Under the pieces are notes generated by a model. It was given only the letters and a program-made list of their open reading frames with translations, searched no databases and was not told where the DNA came from. Shown piece after piece: positions 43,688-55,074 of a stretch of 64,000 nucleotides of DNA (position 1 is the stretch's first letter; every line of letters starts with the position of its first letter). A program made the position numbers and the translations under genes. This DNA is from Cyanidioschyzon merolae (taxonomy: Eukaryota), in the NCBI GenBank assembly GCA_000091205.1, contig AP006487.2; one strand, 5' to 3'.

Positions 43688-46204
43688 CGCCCACGCGATA
43701 AGTTGTTCTGCAAACTGAGCATCACAACCCAAGACGGAGGAGAATTCTAAACCGTACCGATTTCCGACGGGCTCTGCACGCAACGCAACGCAACGCATCA
43801 CGTCATGAGTATGCGGCATCGCCTCATACGTCGGACGCGTTGTGCACGACTTCCCGATCGATGTTCAAGTGGTATTCGCTGTCGCGAGTGCATTCGGCCA
43901 CTGCCGTGGGTACTCAGACCGATCGATATGCTTTTCTGCAAGCGTCGCTGCTACCGCAGCCATCCTGGCTAGTCGCTCACGAGACACCGCGACGGCATTA
44001 GCGAACGTCCGCAACGCCGGCGTCCAGTGTTCAGGGGTTGTATGCCAAGCGTGTGCCGGCACCAGCGGTATTCCCGAGATGACTGCTTATCGTAGCACTA
44101 TGCAGATCTATCGACTTGAGCGTGGTCAACTCCGCGTCTAGCGTACGCGCTCTTCCACGCACTGCACAAAACGCACCCAAGCATTTCATGCTCGTGAAGC
44201 AGCGCTTCCTATAGCATCAGGTGACGCTGGTGTATGTGAGCAGCCCTGCACGCTGCGCATGGCATGGCAAAGGCGCGTGGCACGCACACGGGACACGTAG
44301 GTTGTGATGCGTGTCTTTCGGCGACACGCACGCACGCACGCATCCGGCGATGCATGAATGATGAGCGTGCCTGCGCAATCGGCGTTAGACAGGCAATTGG
44401 GCGCAGCTCGTGTCGTGTACGGCATCATGGACGAGAGCGAGGTGTTTTCCCTGTATTGGGCGTGTTTACTATCAAGGTGAACGTTTATACACACAGAGGA
44501 GAATCGCTGGTTTGGTGCTGTAGGCGCCTATGCTATGGTTTGTGCTGCTGTTTGAAGCGCGCGGCTCGTTCGCAGCGCAGTTTCTCGGGGTTCGCGCAAC
44601 GGTGCACCCTGCGTCTAGGCGTTGACTAGAGCGTCGAGGTTCCTCAGCGCATCGCTTCGCGTCGTCGCGGCAATTCGTTCAGCCGCGCGACACGCTGGTT
44701 CCCAAGGACTGACAGCGAGTCGCGACCCCGCAAACGGTCGACGACGCCTCAAGTCGACGCTCGTGGCGTCACTGCAAAGCTTTCCTGACTCTGTGGGGTA
44801 ACCGCAGCGGCAGCGCACCTGACAGAGCAGCAAGCATTTTTGGGGTATGCTCCGCATCCAGAGGTTCGCTGGATCGATTCGGCCTAATTTGCTTCCAGAA
44901 ACACCACAAGGGGACCGGGCCACGCAGAAGCGTATCTGGAGCAATCAGGGCCTCTTCCCTGGTATTTCGTTCAGTTGGCGCTTGCGGGACCTCTGGTTAC
45001 AGAACATCACTCGTACATCGTTAGAATACTGCGTGCACCTCGGGGGCTCTGAGTAAGATTTCCCTGTTCTGCTTGAAAGAAATCAAAATCTTGCGCAGCA
45101 TCCTGGGGCCATTCGCTGTCGCCCCGCCCCGTGTCGCATGATGGATGCATTATCCACGATACTGGATCATGGTACATCGATATCGTTCGCCATTTGACCT
45201 GGAAAATCTTTCCTGGTGTATATTCACAGCGCTTCAGCGTCGCAGCGTTACTGGAACGTATCGTATGAGTGCCGTGTCCCCGGTGGATTCCAATGCCCTT
45301 TCGCATGACCATTGCATGTTTCTATCGCAAGTCTTCCGCATTTCAGCAAAACGACCAAACTCCGTGGGAAACGAATCGCCCGAAAGCTCGCTCCTTATCA
45401 AGCTGCTGGACGCTCCGGAAGCATGACACGATTCCATAGGCTGATAGAGACATTCCAGTCTCGGTGCGGAGAGCGCGTGGGTTCATGGTCGCTTGTAGAG
45501 TCACACCATGGCACGCTTGTCACCCTCGATTGCCTGGTCAACTGACGTTCGCTTATCTTACAGTGAACCGTCTCATGCAAGCGGCTTTGTTGCATTCCGT
45601 TTTTATATACCTGTTTCAGCGGTAACACATGCACCCGGTGCCTGTATGTCATCTCGAACGCCTCGTTGAGAAGCATCCAGGATCGATATCTCGATCTCTC
45701 GTTTCACGCTCGTGTCGAACGAGCACGAGTGCAGCCCCTAAGCGCTAAAGCACACCCAGCACCATAGGCTACGAGCATCGAGCAACGCTCCGTGTCTGTC
45801 ATTTGCTTCCCCAACACATTGAAGTTGGCGAATGAGCGCGCCTTGCTTGTATACGACAGAGATCATTGGCAATGCCTGCACAATCCCGGATCAACCTGCC
45901 AACTGTCGCCCGCACGAGCGATTTGGACGCTGATCCACGGTGAAAATGAAGCACAGAGTGCATCCGCCGCTTTTCGGTGCGGTGCTCAGAGCGTCGACAT
46001 GGGTCCTGACGCCGTCCCTCTACTGTTCGATATACCTCTCGACGCCTATCATGATCGACGCTTGCAATCACCTGGCCCCGGAAAAGTCGACCAGTGCCAT
46101 CTAATTTCCATTCAGGCAACTGGCTCATCCCCTTTTGCTAGAGAGGTGCGTCGACGGTCATGACGCCCATCAATCCGGGATCCACGTCCACCGCGAAGTC
46201 GTTC

Positions 46205-46756
46205 TCATTGTCGGCCTGGGACCGTAGAAAAACGAGTCTCATTGCTTGACGCAGGCCTCGATTTAACAAAGTGCATGGAGACAGATATTCCGTTGACCTC
46301 CAATGTCTGGGTAAACTTTATTCCATTCCATCTCTGTGAACACAGAACCATCGGCGAGAACCGCCACTGCTCTTCGAGAGGTCGTTCGAATGCTTCGAAG
46401 GTGCGCGCGAGTGCCACCCGTAGATCACTGACGTGGTCATATAGTACACACGTTCCAACTGTAATAGAATAGGCCATGATGTGACACGTGCAAACCACAA
46501 TGAATAGACGCTTGAGAAGGCCGGGGCGCTCTGATGCGGGCAGCGAGCCTTGTTTGCGCTGGACGGCGCCGTCCAGGAGCACGAAGAAACGCAAGATGCG
46601 AGGAAAGCAGCCATCACCTCCCAACACTGCGTCAGATACGATGTTCTTCGGTCCGAGGCAGAGAGAAACGACATGAGCTCGAGTGATTTCAAGCGGCGCT
46701 CGCTCTCGTTGCCATGCCTCTTCCGAGCTCGCTACCGTTTCGATCTCTTCCGGCAA
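46205..46756 (-). CDS. hypothetical protein (183 aa), no recognisable family
   Basis: The ORF sits in a gene-free interval and has codon-like composition. No motif was recognised. Confidence 0.3.
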   Translation of the reverse strand: MPEEIETVASSEEAWQRERAPLEITRAHVVSLCLGPKNIVSDAVLGGDGCFPRILRFFVLLDGAVQRKQGSLPASERPGLLKRLFIVVCTCHIMAYSITVGTCVLYDHVSDLRVALARTFEAFERPLEEQWRFSPMVLCSQRWNGIKFTQTLEVNGISVSMHFVKSRPASSNETRFSTVPGRQ

Positions 46757-48255
46757 TTGGTCGTCATTTTGCCACCATCGACATCAGATGACTACCCTCC
46801 ATCAGTCCCAGATTTTCTGGTTCAGTAAGGTGAACCTACAACGCTCATGAGGAGTGCCTCACGAGGCGCTCGATATTGACCAGCGTATAATTTGATTTTT
46901 GCTTGATAAAATGTCGGTATCGGTGCTGTAGATACCCCGATCGCGGACGCGTCGAGGTATGCAGAGAAGCGTGTGTCTGCGAATCTCTGACCCTACGAGC
47001 AGGCCGTACTTCATCTTCTGTTCAGAGCATTATTTGCGTCTCGGCATGAGGGTTTGATCTATAGACCTATGTACGAGAGGAAAAGGGACAGCGGGAAGCC
47101 CTGCGTCTGGATAACGTATGAACAGCTGCATGACGATGTGTGAGAAGGCGAGAGAGGCTAAGCGCGACGTCGTCGAAAAGTCACATGATTCCTGATGCCG
47201 TTCTGCATTCAACGGTTCTCTGAATGCGAACGACTCATCTATGGATCCGTGAGCATAGAGAAAGCGTTTGAAAACATACAAGAATCGGCCGTCTGGATGG
47301 AACCAGGGATATTCAGCTGGCACAAAGAGCAGATCAACGCATGTATCTGCTGCGTACTACTTGATCGCTTACGAGCCAGGAAGAACGACGGTTTCTCTGA
47401 GCAGGACATAGGTGCGTGAGACGGAGGAGCATGAATTCCTCCGACGAAGGATGAGGTGTTGAACGATTCTTCCCGTTTGTCGATAGTTAGGCGAACACAT
47501 GATTGAATCGCTTCTAGAGCTGATCCTGTTGTCGTTTTCGCATGTCTTCTCGTTACGAACACCCGTCGCTCCTGTCGTAAGTGTTAGCGTTTCCGTATGG
47601 AAACGTTCGTTTGCTGTTCAACGCGCAGCGCTCTCGAATAGAGGCGTGCTTTTCTTCCACGCGCACTCGCGTCGCTGCATCAGAGGTCACTTCAGCGGTC
47701 CGAAACCCTCGTACCCGACGGTTTCTTTGGTAATATTCGTAGAGAAGATATGAACTGGAATGGGTTGAGATGGAACCCCGGGTATAGCTTTAGGTAGATA
47801 AGTTCTGTTTAGGGTGCACGCTGCCCAGGTGAACGACAACGACAAAGGGGGTTCATCCACCTGCCTTCCATACGATGACTGACTAGTAGCGCTAAGCTCG
47901 GTATTCGCTAGCTATCAGTGACAGCACACAGTCTCCCCGCAACAGATCCCCTATCTGCCGAATTCATTGCTTTTGCTGGAGAGCTGTGAGAAAAGCACAC
48001 GGAAATCAGTACGGTGCCGTGGTACCAGAATCGCAGACTGTACTATTCGTTCTAAATATGTACATCATAGACATAGCCCGTCGAACCGTTCTGATTTTCA
48101 AATCCCTCGGCGCGGGCGGCCACGAAACACGCCAGTGCGTTGAGGCGGCGATACAGCGCCTCTTCGCGCAGTCTCGCCTTTCCACGGGTGCCGGTGGTCT
48201 GTTCGCGAAAACCTTCAGTTTGCAGCCGATTTCTAAAATTTAGGCTTCTGAACGA

Positions 48256-51200
48256 ATGAGCACCGAAAAAAGCGATAGCTTTTCTGCTCAGGACGAAGGG
48301 ACGCACCCCACAGAGTCGCCCTGTGAGGAGACAAAGAAGCAGCGCCTCGTCATTCGTTACATCAAGCTGGAAAACTTCAAGTCATACGGAGGTCACGTCT
48401 GTATCGGTCCCCTGCATCGACAGTTCAACGCTACCGTCGGTCCCAATGGAAGCGGGAAATCCAACGTCATCGACGCTATCTTGTTCGTGTTCGGGAAGCG
48501 TGCGAAGCAAATGCGCTCCAACCGCGTAAGCGAGCTGATCCACCGCTCCGAGGCCTACCCGGATGCGGCTAGCGCGACCGTCACCATAGAGTTCGTTCAG
48601 ATCATTGATAAAGAGTACGCGAGTGAAAACGAACCAGATGAGGTGGTTCCCGGAAGCGGCTTCACCGTCACGCGAACAGCGGCGCGCAACAACACTTCTG
48701 CGTACTTGTTGAATGATGAGAGCATCACCTACACGGAGCTCCAACAGTTTCTTCGCAGCAAGGGCATCGATTTGGACAACAATCGTTTTCTCATTCTTCA
48801 AGGGGAGGTCGAGCAAATATCCCTTATGAAGCCGAAGGCTGTGAACCCGCACGATACGGGTCTCTTGGAGTACCTCGAAGACATCATCGGGTCGAACAAG
48901 CTGGTTGCACCCATTGAGGAGGCCATTCAAGAGCTCGAAACACTCACCGAAGAACGCACCGTACGCTTGAATCGCCTGAAGGCTGTCGATAAGGAGCGCG
49001 AAGCGCTCGAGGAAGCCAAGTTTGAAGCAGAGCAGTATCTCGTGTTGGAGCACGACATCTATGAGAAACGGCTGCAACTGCATGAACTTGACGCCAAAAA
49101 GCTAGAAGAGGCGAAGGCCGCTGACGAGGCGCAGTATAATCTTGCTAAGAAGCAGCTCGAGACGGAGCGCGACGAGTTCTCAGCGGCGGAAAAAGCTGTG
49201 CAGCATCTGGTCGAGCGACGGGATCAGACGAAACAGGCGCACACCGAGGTGGCGAAAGCTTTTGAGGCGGCTAAGGAGGCGTTTGCTGAGCTCGAGCGCC
49301 GCGACGTGCGTGTTCGCGAAGACTTCAAGCATTTAGCTGAGCGCGAGAAGAAGGCTGCCACCAACATTCGCAACGAAGAGCGTCGGCATGCGGAGCTGGA
49401 ACAGGCCCAACGGGCGTCTCGGGCTCGGCTGGGTGAGCTCCAGCAGGAACAGCCCAAACTAGAAACGGAGCTTGCGAACGCGGAGGCGGCCTTGCAACGC
49501 GTCTATGATTCCCTCCGAACCGAAACGACTGATTTACGGTCAGATATGGAGCGCAAACAGACGGAATTGCTACCTCTCCGCGAAAAAGCGGATGCTGCAC
49601 ACCAGCGACTCTCCGTAGCCCAGCAGCGCTTACAGTTGCTGGTCGCAAAGCAGGCTGCGCCCGAGCAGGACCGCGTAGACACGGAAAAGCTCATTCAGAC
49701 GCTGGAAAAGGAGCTCAGCGAGCTTGGTTCGCGCATTGCAAGCGAAATTGAACCCACAGCTGACGCGAAAACACGAGCACTTCGCGATGCACAAGTTCGG
49801 CTCGAAAACGCGCGGAAAGCTGAGGAAGAAGCTCGACAGCAGCTCAGTCGTCTCCGACGCCAGAACGAGGAAGCAAATGCGTCGCATGCCGCCAGCAGCG
49901 GTCGAAACCGAATGCTCGAGGCGCTGTGGAAAGCGTCACAGCGAGGCAGTATTCGTGGGTTCATTGGCCGTCTCGGTGACCTGGGCACTGTTCCGGACGC
50001 ATTTGTCGCTGCGTTAGAGGCCGCCGCTGGGTCAGCTCTCGATCATCTGGTCGTCGAGAACGTCGACGATGCCCAGGCGTGCATTGAAATGCTCCGTGAA
50101 AACAAGATGGGGCGCGCTACCTTCATTATCTTGGAGAAAATTCGTTACCTGCAGTCACAAATCGAGCAGAGCAAGTTTCCTGCTCCGGAGGGTGTCCCAC
50201 GCCTATTCGACTTGCTGGACATCTCGAACGCCGCCGGCCGGCTGCCGTTCTATTTCGTGCTCAGAAACACGTTGGTTGCTCGAGATCTGGAGCAAGCGAC
50301 ACGAATCGCGTTCCAGCCAACTCGGCGGAACAGGGTCGTCACTTTGTCGGGTCAGCTGATTGAAACATCCGGAACAATGTGCGGCGGCGGCGGCGGCGGC
50401 AGCAGCAGCAGCAGCGCAGCCTCGGGGCGTGGCACTTCGCGTTCAAACGTGAAGCAGTCGCGGACATGTGGTGGAAATGCCATTCAGGCGGCACCTCCGT
50501 CGGCAGAGGCGCTCGCGAAAGCGGAGGAATGCGCTGCAAAGGCCCTGGAAACGCTCACGGCTTGCGAACGCGAGCGAGATAGCCTTCTCGAACAGGCGCG
50601 GTCGGCGAATCAGGAATTAGAGCGCGCCCGCCTGGAGAAATCCTGTCTCGAACAGAGACTCCAGGATGCTAAGAATCGAATGAAATCCTTGAATACGCGG
50701 AGCAGTCAAGCTGTACTCGAGGTGGATGAGGCACGTGAGCTCGTTGAGCTGCAGGCAAGCATACCGCATCTTGAGCGTGAATGCGCGGAGCATGACGCCG
50801 CTGCCAGTGCGCTTGAAGCGCTCATTCGTGAACAGCAGGAGCGCATTTTGGCTATCGGCGGCGAGCGGTTGGTCCAGTCCCGCGATGCAGTCAAGAAACT
50901 GCAAGATGCGCTGCAGGCTATCGCAGACGAGATACGCAAGCTTGAAATCGCCCTTGAGTCGAATGAGAAAACGCTGGAGAAATCTTCCGAGGCAATTCGA
51001 CGTGCTCATCTAGAGCGACAAAAACTCGAAGAGCAACGTCAGCAGCGGGATGCGGAGCTGTGCGAACTCGAGCAACAAGCAGCGACTGTTTTGCAAGCGC
51101 AGCAAGAGCACGAGGCGCAAAAGAAAGCGCTGCAAAAGGATCTCCAGGAAATAGAGGCGGAGCTCACGAAGCATCAGCATGCGCTGCAGGGCTGGCGTCG

Positions 51201-52410
51201 CCACGAGCTTGACCTAACGAATCGCCTCGAGAAGCTTGCTAGGGAGCTCCAAGCGCTACAGTCGCAGATTCAGGAGCATCGCAGCCAGGCGGACGCGGCT
51301 CGCAAGTCCATGCTGGAGCTTGAGGAAAGCATGCCCCTGTTGTTTGTTCGAGATTCTGCCAGCAACGACGACAACGATGACGACGATGACAACGACGACG
51401 ACGACGATGATGATGATGATGATCATCGTAATGATGATGATGACCAGGGCGATGCAACCCGCAACGGCGAGCCGCGCATCACGGACGCTAGCTCAGAGTC
51501 TGGCACAGCAGAGAAGCAGACGCAGCGACGAGGGCGTCGAGGTCGGAGAAACGCTGGCTCGTCTGCGGCTAGCGCTGAGGCATCCATCGACCCCGCCGAG
51601 CGATTGCGTCTGGAAATTGCCGCTCTGGAGCGGAGCCTCGCGGAGCTGAAACCCAACCTCAGCGCTATTGAAGAGTACCAGAAGAAAGAGGACGAGTACC
51701 GCTCGCGAATGGCTGAGCTCGATGCCCTCACGGAGCGTCGAGACGCACGGCGGCGCGATCTTGATGACCTCCGAAAAAGGCGACTGGAGAGCTTCATGGC
51801 TGGCTTCGCCATCATCGCCACAAAGCTGAAGGAAATGTATCAAATGATCACCCTCGGGGGAGACGCCGAGCTGGAGCTTATCGACTCGCTGGATCCGTTT
51901 TCCGAGGGGATCGCGTTCACGGTACGACCGCCCAAAAAGACTTGGAAAAACATCGCCAACCTCTCCGGAGGCGAGAAGACGCTCTCCAGCCTAGCGCTGG
52001 TCTTTGCCCTGCATCACTACAAACCAACCCCTTTCTACGTCATGGATGAAATTGATGCTGCCCTGGACTTTAAGAACGTCAGTATTGTTGCACATTACAT
52101 TCGGGAACGTGCCCGTGACGCCCAGTTCTTCATCATATCACTGCGAAACGACATGTTCGAACTAGCCAGCCGTCTCGTGGGCATTTACAAGATTCATCAT
52201 ACAAGTTACAGTGTCGCGCTGGATCCAGGCGCTGTTGCCCTCAAGTCGGCCGGCGCCGCGGATGCCCCCGTCGACAAAGAGAACCAGCCCGTTGCATTCG
52301 TGGCGGATGCTGCGGCACCAGCTGCGGCCGTTGAGCGCAAGTCGGCGCTGGCTCTGTCGCAACGCTCCGTGGACGGTATAGAGACCCGAATGGATGTCGC
52401 ATTCACATAG
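48256..52410 (+). CDS. SMC4: structural maintenance of chromosomes protein 4 (condensin subunit)
   Basis: The N-terminus 'RLVIRYIKLENFKSYGGHVCIGPLHRQFNATVGPNGSGKSNVIDAILFVFG' is an SMC4-type Walker A head. Long coiled coils follow, then a hinge 'GFIGRLGDLGTV', and the C-terminal signature 'LSGGEKTLSSLALVFALHHYKPTPFYVMDEIDAALD'. Confidence 0.9.
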   Translation: MSTEKSDSFSAQDEGTHPTESPCEETKKQRLVIRYIKLENFKSYGGHVCIGPLHRQFNATVGPNGSGKSNVIDAILFVFGKRAKQMRSNRVSELIHRSEAYPDAASATVTIEFVQIIDKEYASENEPDEVVPGSGFTVTRTAARNNTSAYLLNDESITYTELQQFLRSKGIDLDNNRFLILQGEVEQISLMKPKAVNPHDTGLLEYLEDIIGSNKLVAPIEEAIQELETLTEERTVRLNRLKAVDKEREALEEAKFEAEQYLVLEHDIYEKRLQLHELDAKKLEEAKAADEAQYNLAKKQLETERDEFSAAEKAVQHLVERRDQTKQAHTEVAKAFEAAKEAFAELERRDVRVREDFKHLAEREKKAATNIRNEERRHAELEQAQRASRARLGELQQEQPKLETELANAEAALQRVYDSLRTETTDLRSDMERKQTELLPLREKADAAHQRLSVAQQRLQLLVAKQAAPEQDRVDTEKLIQTLEKELSELGSRIASEIEPTADAKTRALRDAQVRLENARKAEEEARQQLSRLRRQNEEANASHAASSGRNRMLEALWKASQRGSIRGFIGRLGDLGTVPDAFVAALEAAAGSALDHLVVENVDDAQACIEMLRENKMGRATFIILEKIRYLQSQIEQSKFPAPEGVPRLFDLLDISNAAGRLPFYFVLRNTLVARDLEQATRIAFQPTRRNRVVTLSGQLIETSGTMCGGGGGGSSSSSAASGRGTSRSNVKQSRTCGGNAIQAAPPSAEALAKAEECAAKALETLTACERERDSLLEQARSANQELERARLEKSCLEQRLQDAKNRMKSLNTRSSQAVLEVDEARELVELQASIPHLERECAEHDAAASALEALIREQQERILAIGGERLVQSRDAVKKLQDALQAIADEIRKLEIALESNEKTLEKSSEAIRRAHLERQKLEEQRQQRDAELCELEQQAATVLQAQQEHEAQKKALQKDLQEIEAELTKHQHALQGWRRHELDLTNRLEKLARELQALQSQIQEHRSQADAARKSMLELEESMPLLFVRDSASNDDNDDDDDNDDDDDDDDDDHRNDDDDQGDATRNGEPRITDASSESGTAEKQTQRRGRRGRRNAGSSAASAEASIDPAERLRLEIAALERSLAELKPNLSAIEEYQKKEDEYRSRMAELDALTERRDARRRDLDDLRKRRLESFMAGFAIIATKLKEMYQMITLGGDAELELIDSLDPFSEGIAFTVRPPKKTWKNIANLSGGEKTLSSLALVFALHHYKPTPFYVMDEIDAALDFKNVSIVAHYIRERARDAQFFIISLRNDMFELASRLVGIYKIHHTSYSVALDPGAVALKSAGAADAPVDKENQPVAFVADAAAPAAAVERKSALALSQRSVDGIETRMDVAFT

Positions 52411-52466
52411 TGGAAGCACTACGCTGCGTGACCTTGACGAGAAGCCGGCGCACTCTCGGTCGGCTG

Positions 52467-53102
52467 TCATGAAACCGACCGCTGCTTGCGCCCCATTCGA
52501 CGGTGCGGTCGCACTGGCCGTCCGTAAAGCCGCTCTCCACGAATGTACCCGCCGGCTCCAAAGCGGCGGTTTCCGAACAGAAACCGATTCGCTTGCAACT
52601 CGGCCTCGTAGGCTTCCTGTTCCCAGAAGGCTTGCTCGCGAGCCTCTTCCCCGTCGTCTTCATCGTCGTTGACGGCGACGCCAATAGCGGCGGCAGCGGT
52701 GGCGGTAGCACTCGTTGCACCTGGCGCTTCCGCAGCGAACCACGAAGCAGTAGCTGCTGATGCTGACGCTGATGCTGACGACGTCAGGGCGTCTCCACGG
52801 CACCCTGCGTACCCGCCGTGCGCTGCGAGCCCGTAGCGTTGTACCAGCCACGGCGCTCGTCGAAGCAGTGGTAAAGGTTCCAGTTGCCAGCGTCCCGGCG
52901 CGAGAGGTGTACCGTCCAACAGCCGACGCACCAGTGCTGCCTCAAAAGCGCCCTTGCACAGCGGACATGTCGGGCGCACCGCTGCCCAGGCGATGAGGCA
53001 CAGCGCACAGAACCGGTGGCCGCACTCGGGTAAGACCAGTTGGTCGTCCTCGGGCACCTCGTCTACATAACAAATGGGACAGGAGAATGCCTCCTGTTCC
53101 AT
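52467..53102 (-). CDS. RING-finger (C3HC4/RING-H2) protein
   Basis: The motif 'CPICYVDEV...CGHRFCALCLIAWAAVRPTCPLCK' is present. The gene lies tail-to-tail with SMC4, with the two stop codons 56 bp apart. Confidence 0.75.
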   Translation of the reverse strand: MEQEAFSCPICYVDEVPEDDQLVLPECGHRFCALCLIAWAAVRPTCPLCKGAFEAALVRRLLDGTPLAPGRWQLEPLPLLRRAPWLVQRYGLAAHGGYAGCRGDALTSSASASASAATASWFAAEAPGATSATATAAAAIGVAVNDDEDDGEEAREQAFWEQEAYEAELQANRFLFGNRRFGAGGYIRGERLYGRPVRPHRRMGRKQRSVS

Positions 53103-55074
53103 TGCCCACCGGAAGATACCCCAGTTGGCAGGCGGGCGTCGTAGGCACGCGAGTCCAAGCGACCGTTCGGGTGCGCGCGCACGCCCGTACGCCGCTGGTG
53201 CGGCTGGGCCGCATTGTGCGCACGCTGTGGCCGCTGTGGAGCTCGCGATCTTTCGCCAACAAATGGGTGTAGGGCGCTGTAACCAACAGGTACCAAAGGT
53301 GCGTACCTGGTGGCCTGCTGCTCCGCGGAGCGAGATGCGCGCAATCGCACTGCGATTTGCAGTGTCATGCGTGGAACGATCAAATCAATGCTAACTCGAA
53401 CGGATCCCGCTGCGACCTGCGGTGCGGAGACTGAAGTTTGGGTCGATTCTTTGTGACTTGAAACAGAAGCCTTTGCGGAATATATCTGAGACTGATTTCT
53501 TTTCGTGTCGCTCGTAACTGGCTCTACATACGCGGGTGTCTGGTGCACAGCCGGCTCCGTTGTCAGCAGTGGCCGGAAGACGGTAGCGGCTGAGGTGCTG
53601 ATTTTGCAGGCCCTGGCTGACGCTGAAACCTGTCATGCATAGGCGGGGGTCGCGATCGACACCTCGCTTGCCATCTCCATGTCCTGCGCATACAGTCTCG
53701 TTGCGCCCTTCGCATCCATGATCACTGGCTGTGGTCACGTGTTGCTTCCGATCCGTGCACAGCAGCTGCTTCTCAGAGCGCCGACCTATCGCTCGTGAAT
53801 ACTCGCCTCATCGCTCGGTACATCCCCATGACGATACTGTCGGCTCGTTTCGATACCTTGTTCCGTTTTCGTGCCCGGTGCCATAACTTATGATCAGGGG
53901 CTTCTTCTGGGCGATTGACGGCGCTGCATGCCGACACGCGCACGCTGTTCCATCCGATAGGCGGTTTGTGCAATGCGATGTTCACCATGATGAAACAATT
54001 ACCGTAAGCAAAATCTATACTCGTGATCCAGACAACTTTTTTCGATCCGTCAACGCTCACTTCGTCGAAAGCGCTGTCGCATTTTCCATGAGAAGCGATC
54101 TTTGCGATGATGCAAGTCCGAGAACGTTTACCACGCACACAGATGAGGCCGCCGCCTCTGCCAGCACATCCCATGAGCTGTACCAAACAGCTGTCGAATG
54201 CCGTATCGTCGATGTCCGCAAAGCGCGCAGAATTTGCCTTTCAAACGGAATCGGTTATTGAAAGTCCCAAGTCGAGTGAACGTTCGGCAGGTGTAGGTAA
54301 AAAAGAGTCGCCATGCCACGACGCCGTTTCCTTTTTTGACGTGAATCCGTCGGCGCGAATTCCAGCGCCCACGAATTGCCTTGAAACAGAAGGACGGAGA
54401 ACATCAACATGCATTGATTTGACCATGCTAGTTGTGAGGAAATGTGATGCTTGATGACTCATTCGTACGCAGTCGATCATGGCACCGGTGATTCAAGAAA
54501 CCGTTGTTCAGAGGCGTTGAAAATCGAGCTAATCCGGATGACGTGACGAATCCCAGCAGCAAATCGTCAAAGGAGTGACTCCGAGAACACCCTCGGAACG
54601 CTCAAAATTAGTTATGAATCTCTCAGCCTTAATTTTTGCACGTTGCATGTCGTCGTTTTACGTGGAAAGAATTTCGTAAAAAAATCGCCATGCAGGACCA
54701 GAGCAAGCAGTTCAGTGTTCCAGGTTCAGCTACTGATATGAGCGAATGTCGTAGACTCCAGCGCACGTGCAGATGCAACGTCTATTGATGCACGGGTGGA
54801 GCGACGCGAGCGAGCTTCTCTTGAGCGAAGGCGATGCAACGCAACGTCGTCGTCCTGCCGAGCCTCATGGCATGCCGCGGACTCCACCGGGGAGCACTCA
54901 TACGAACAGACACAAACACATATACATACACTCGATGGGAATGGGTTCCAATGCGAGTATGTTTTCTGGTAAAACAGGGCGCCGTCGACAGGGTGTCTGC
55001 CCTACCATTCGCCAACGAGGTGGGCGGCAGCTTCGTCCAGGGCGCCGGCGCAAACGCTGCGGTCACTGTTTGGT

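Noticed and set aside
48382-49083. 233-aa antisense ORF inside SMC4, and similar long antisense ORFs within the giant protein gene, SR-alpha and other genes
   Set aside because: These are typical spurious ORFs on the opposite strand of GC-rich coding sequence. They have no motifs and are fully nested in well-supported genes.
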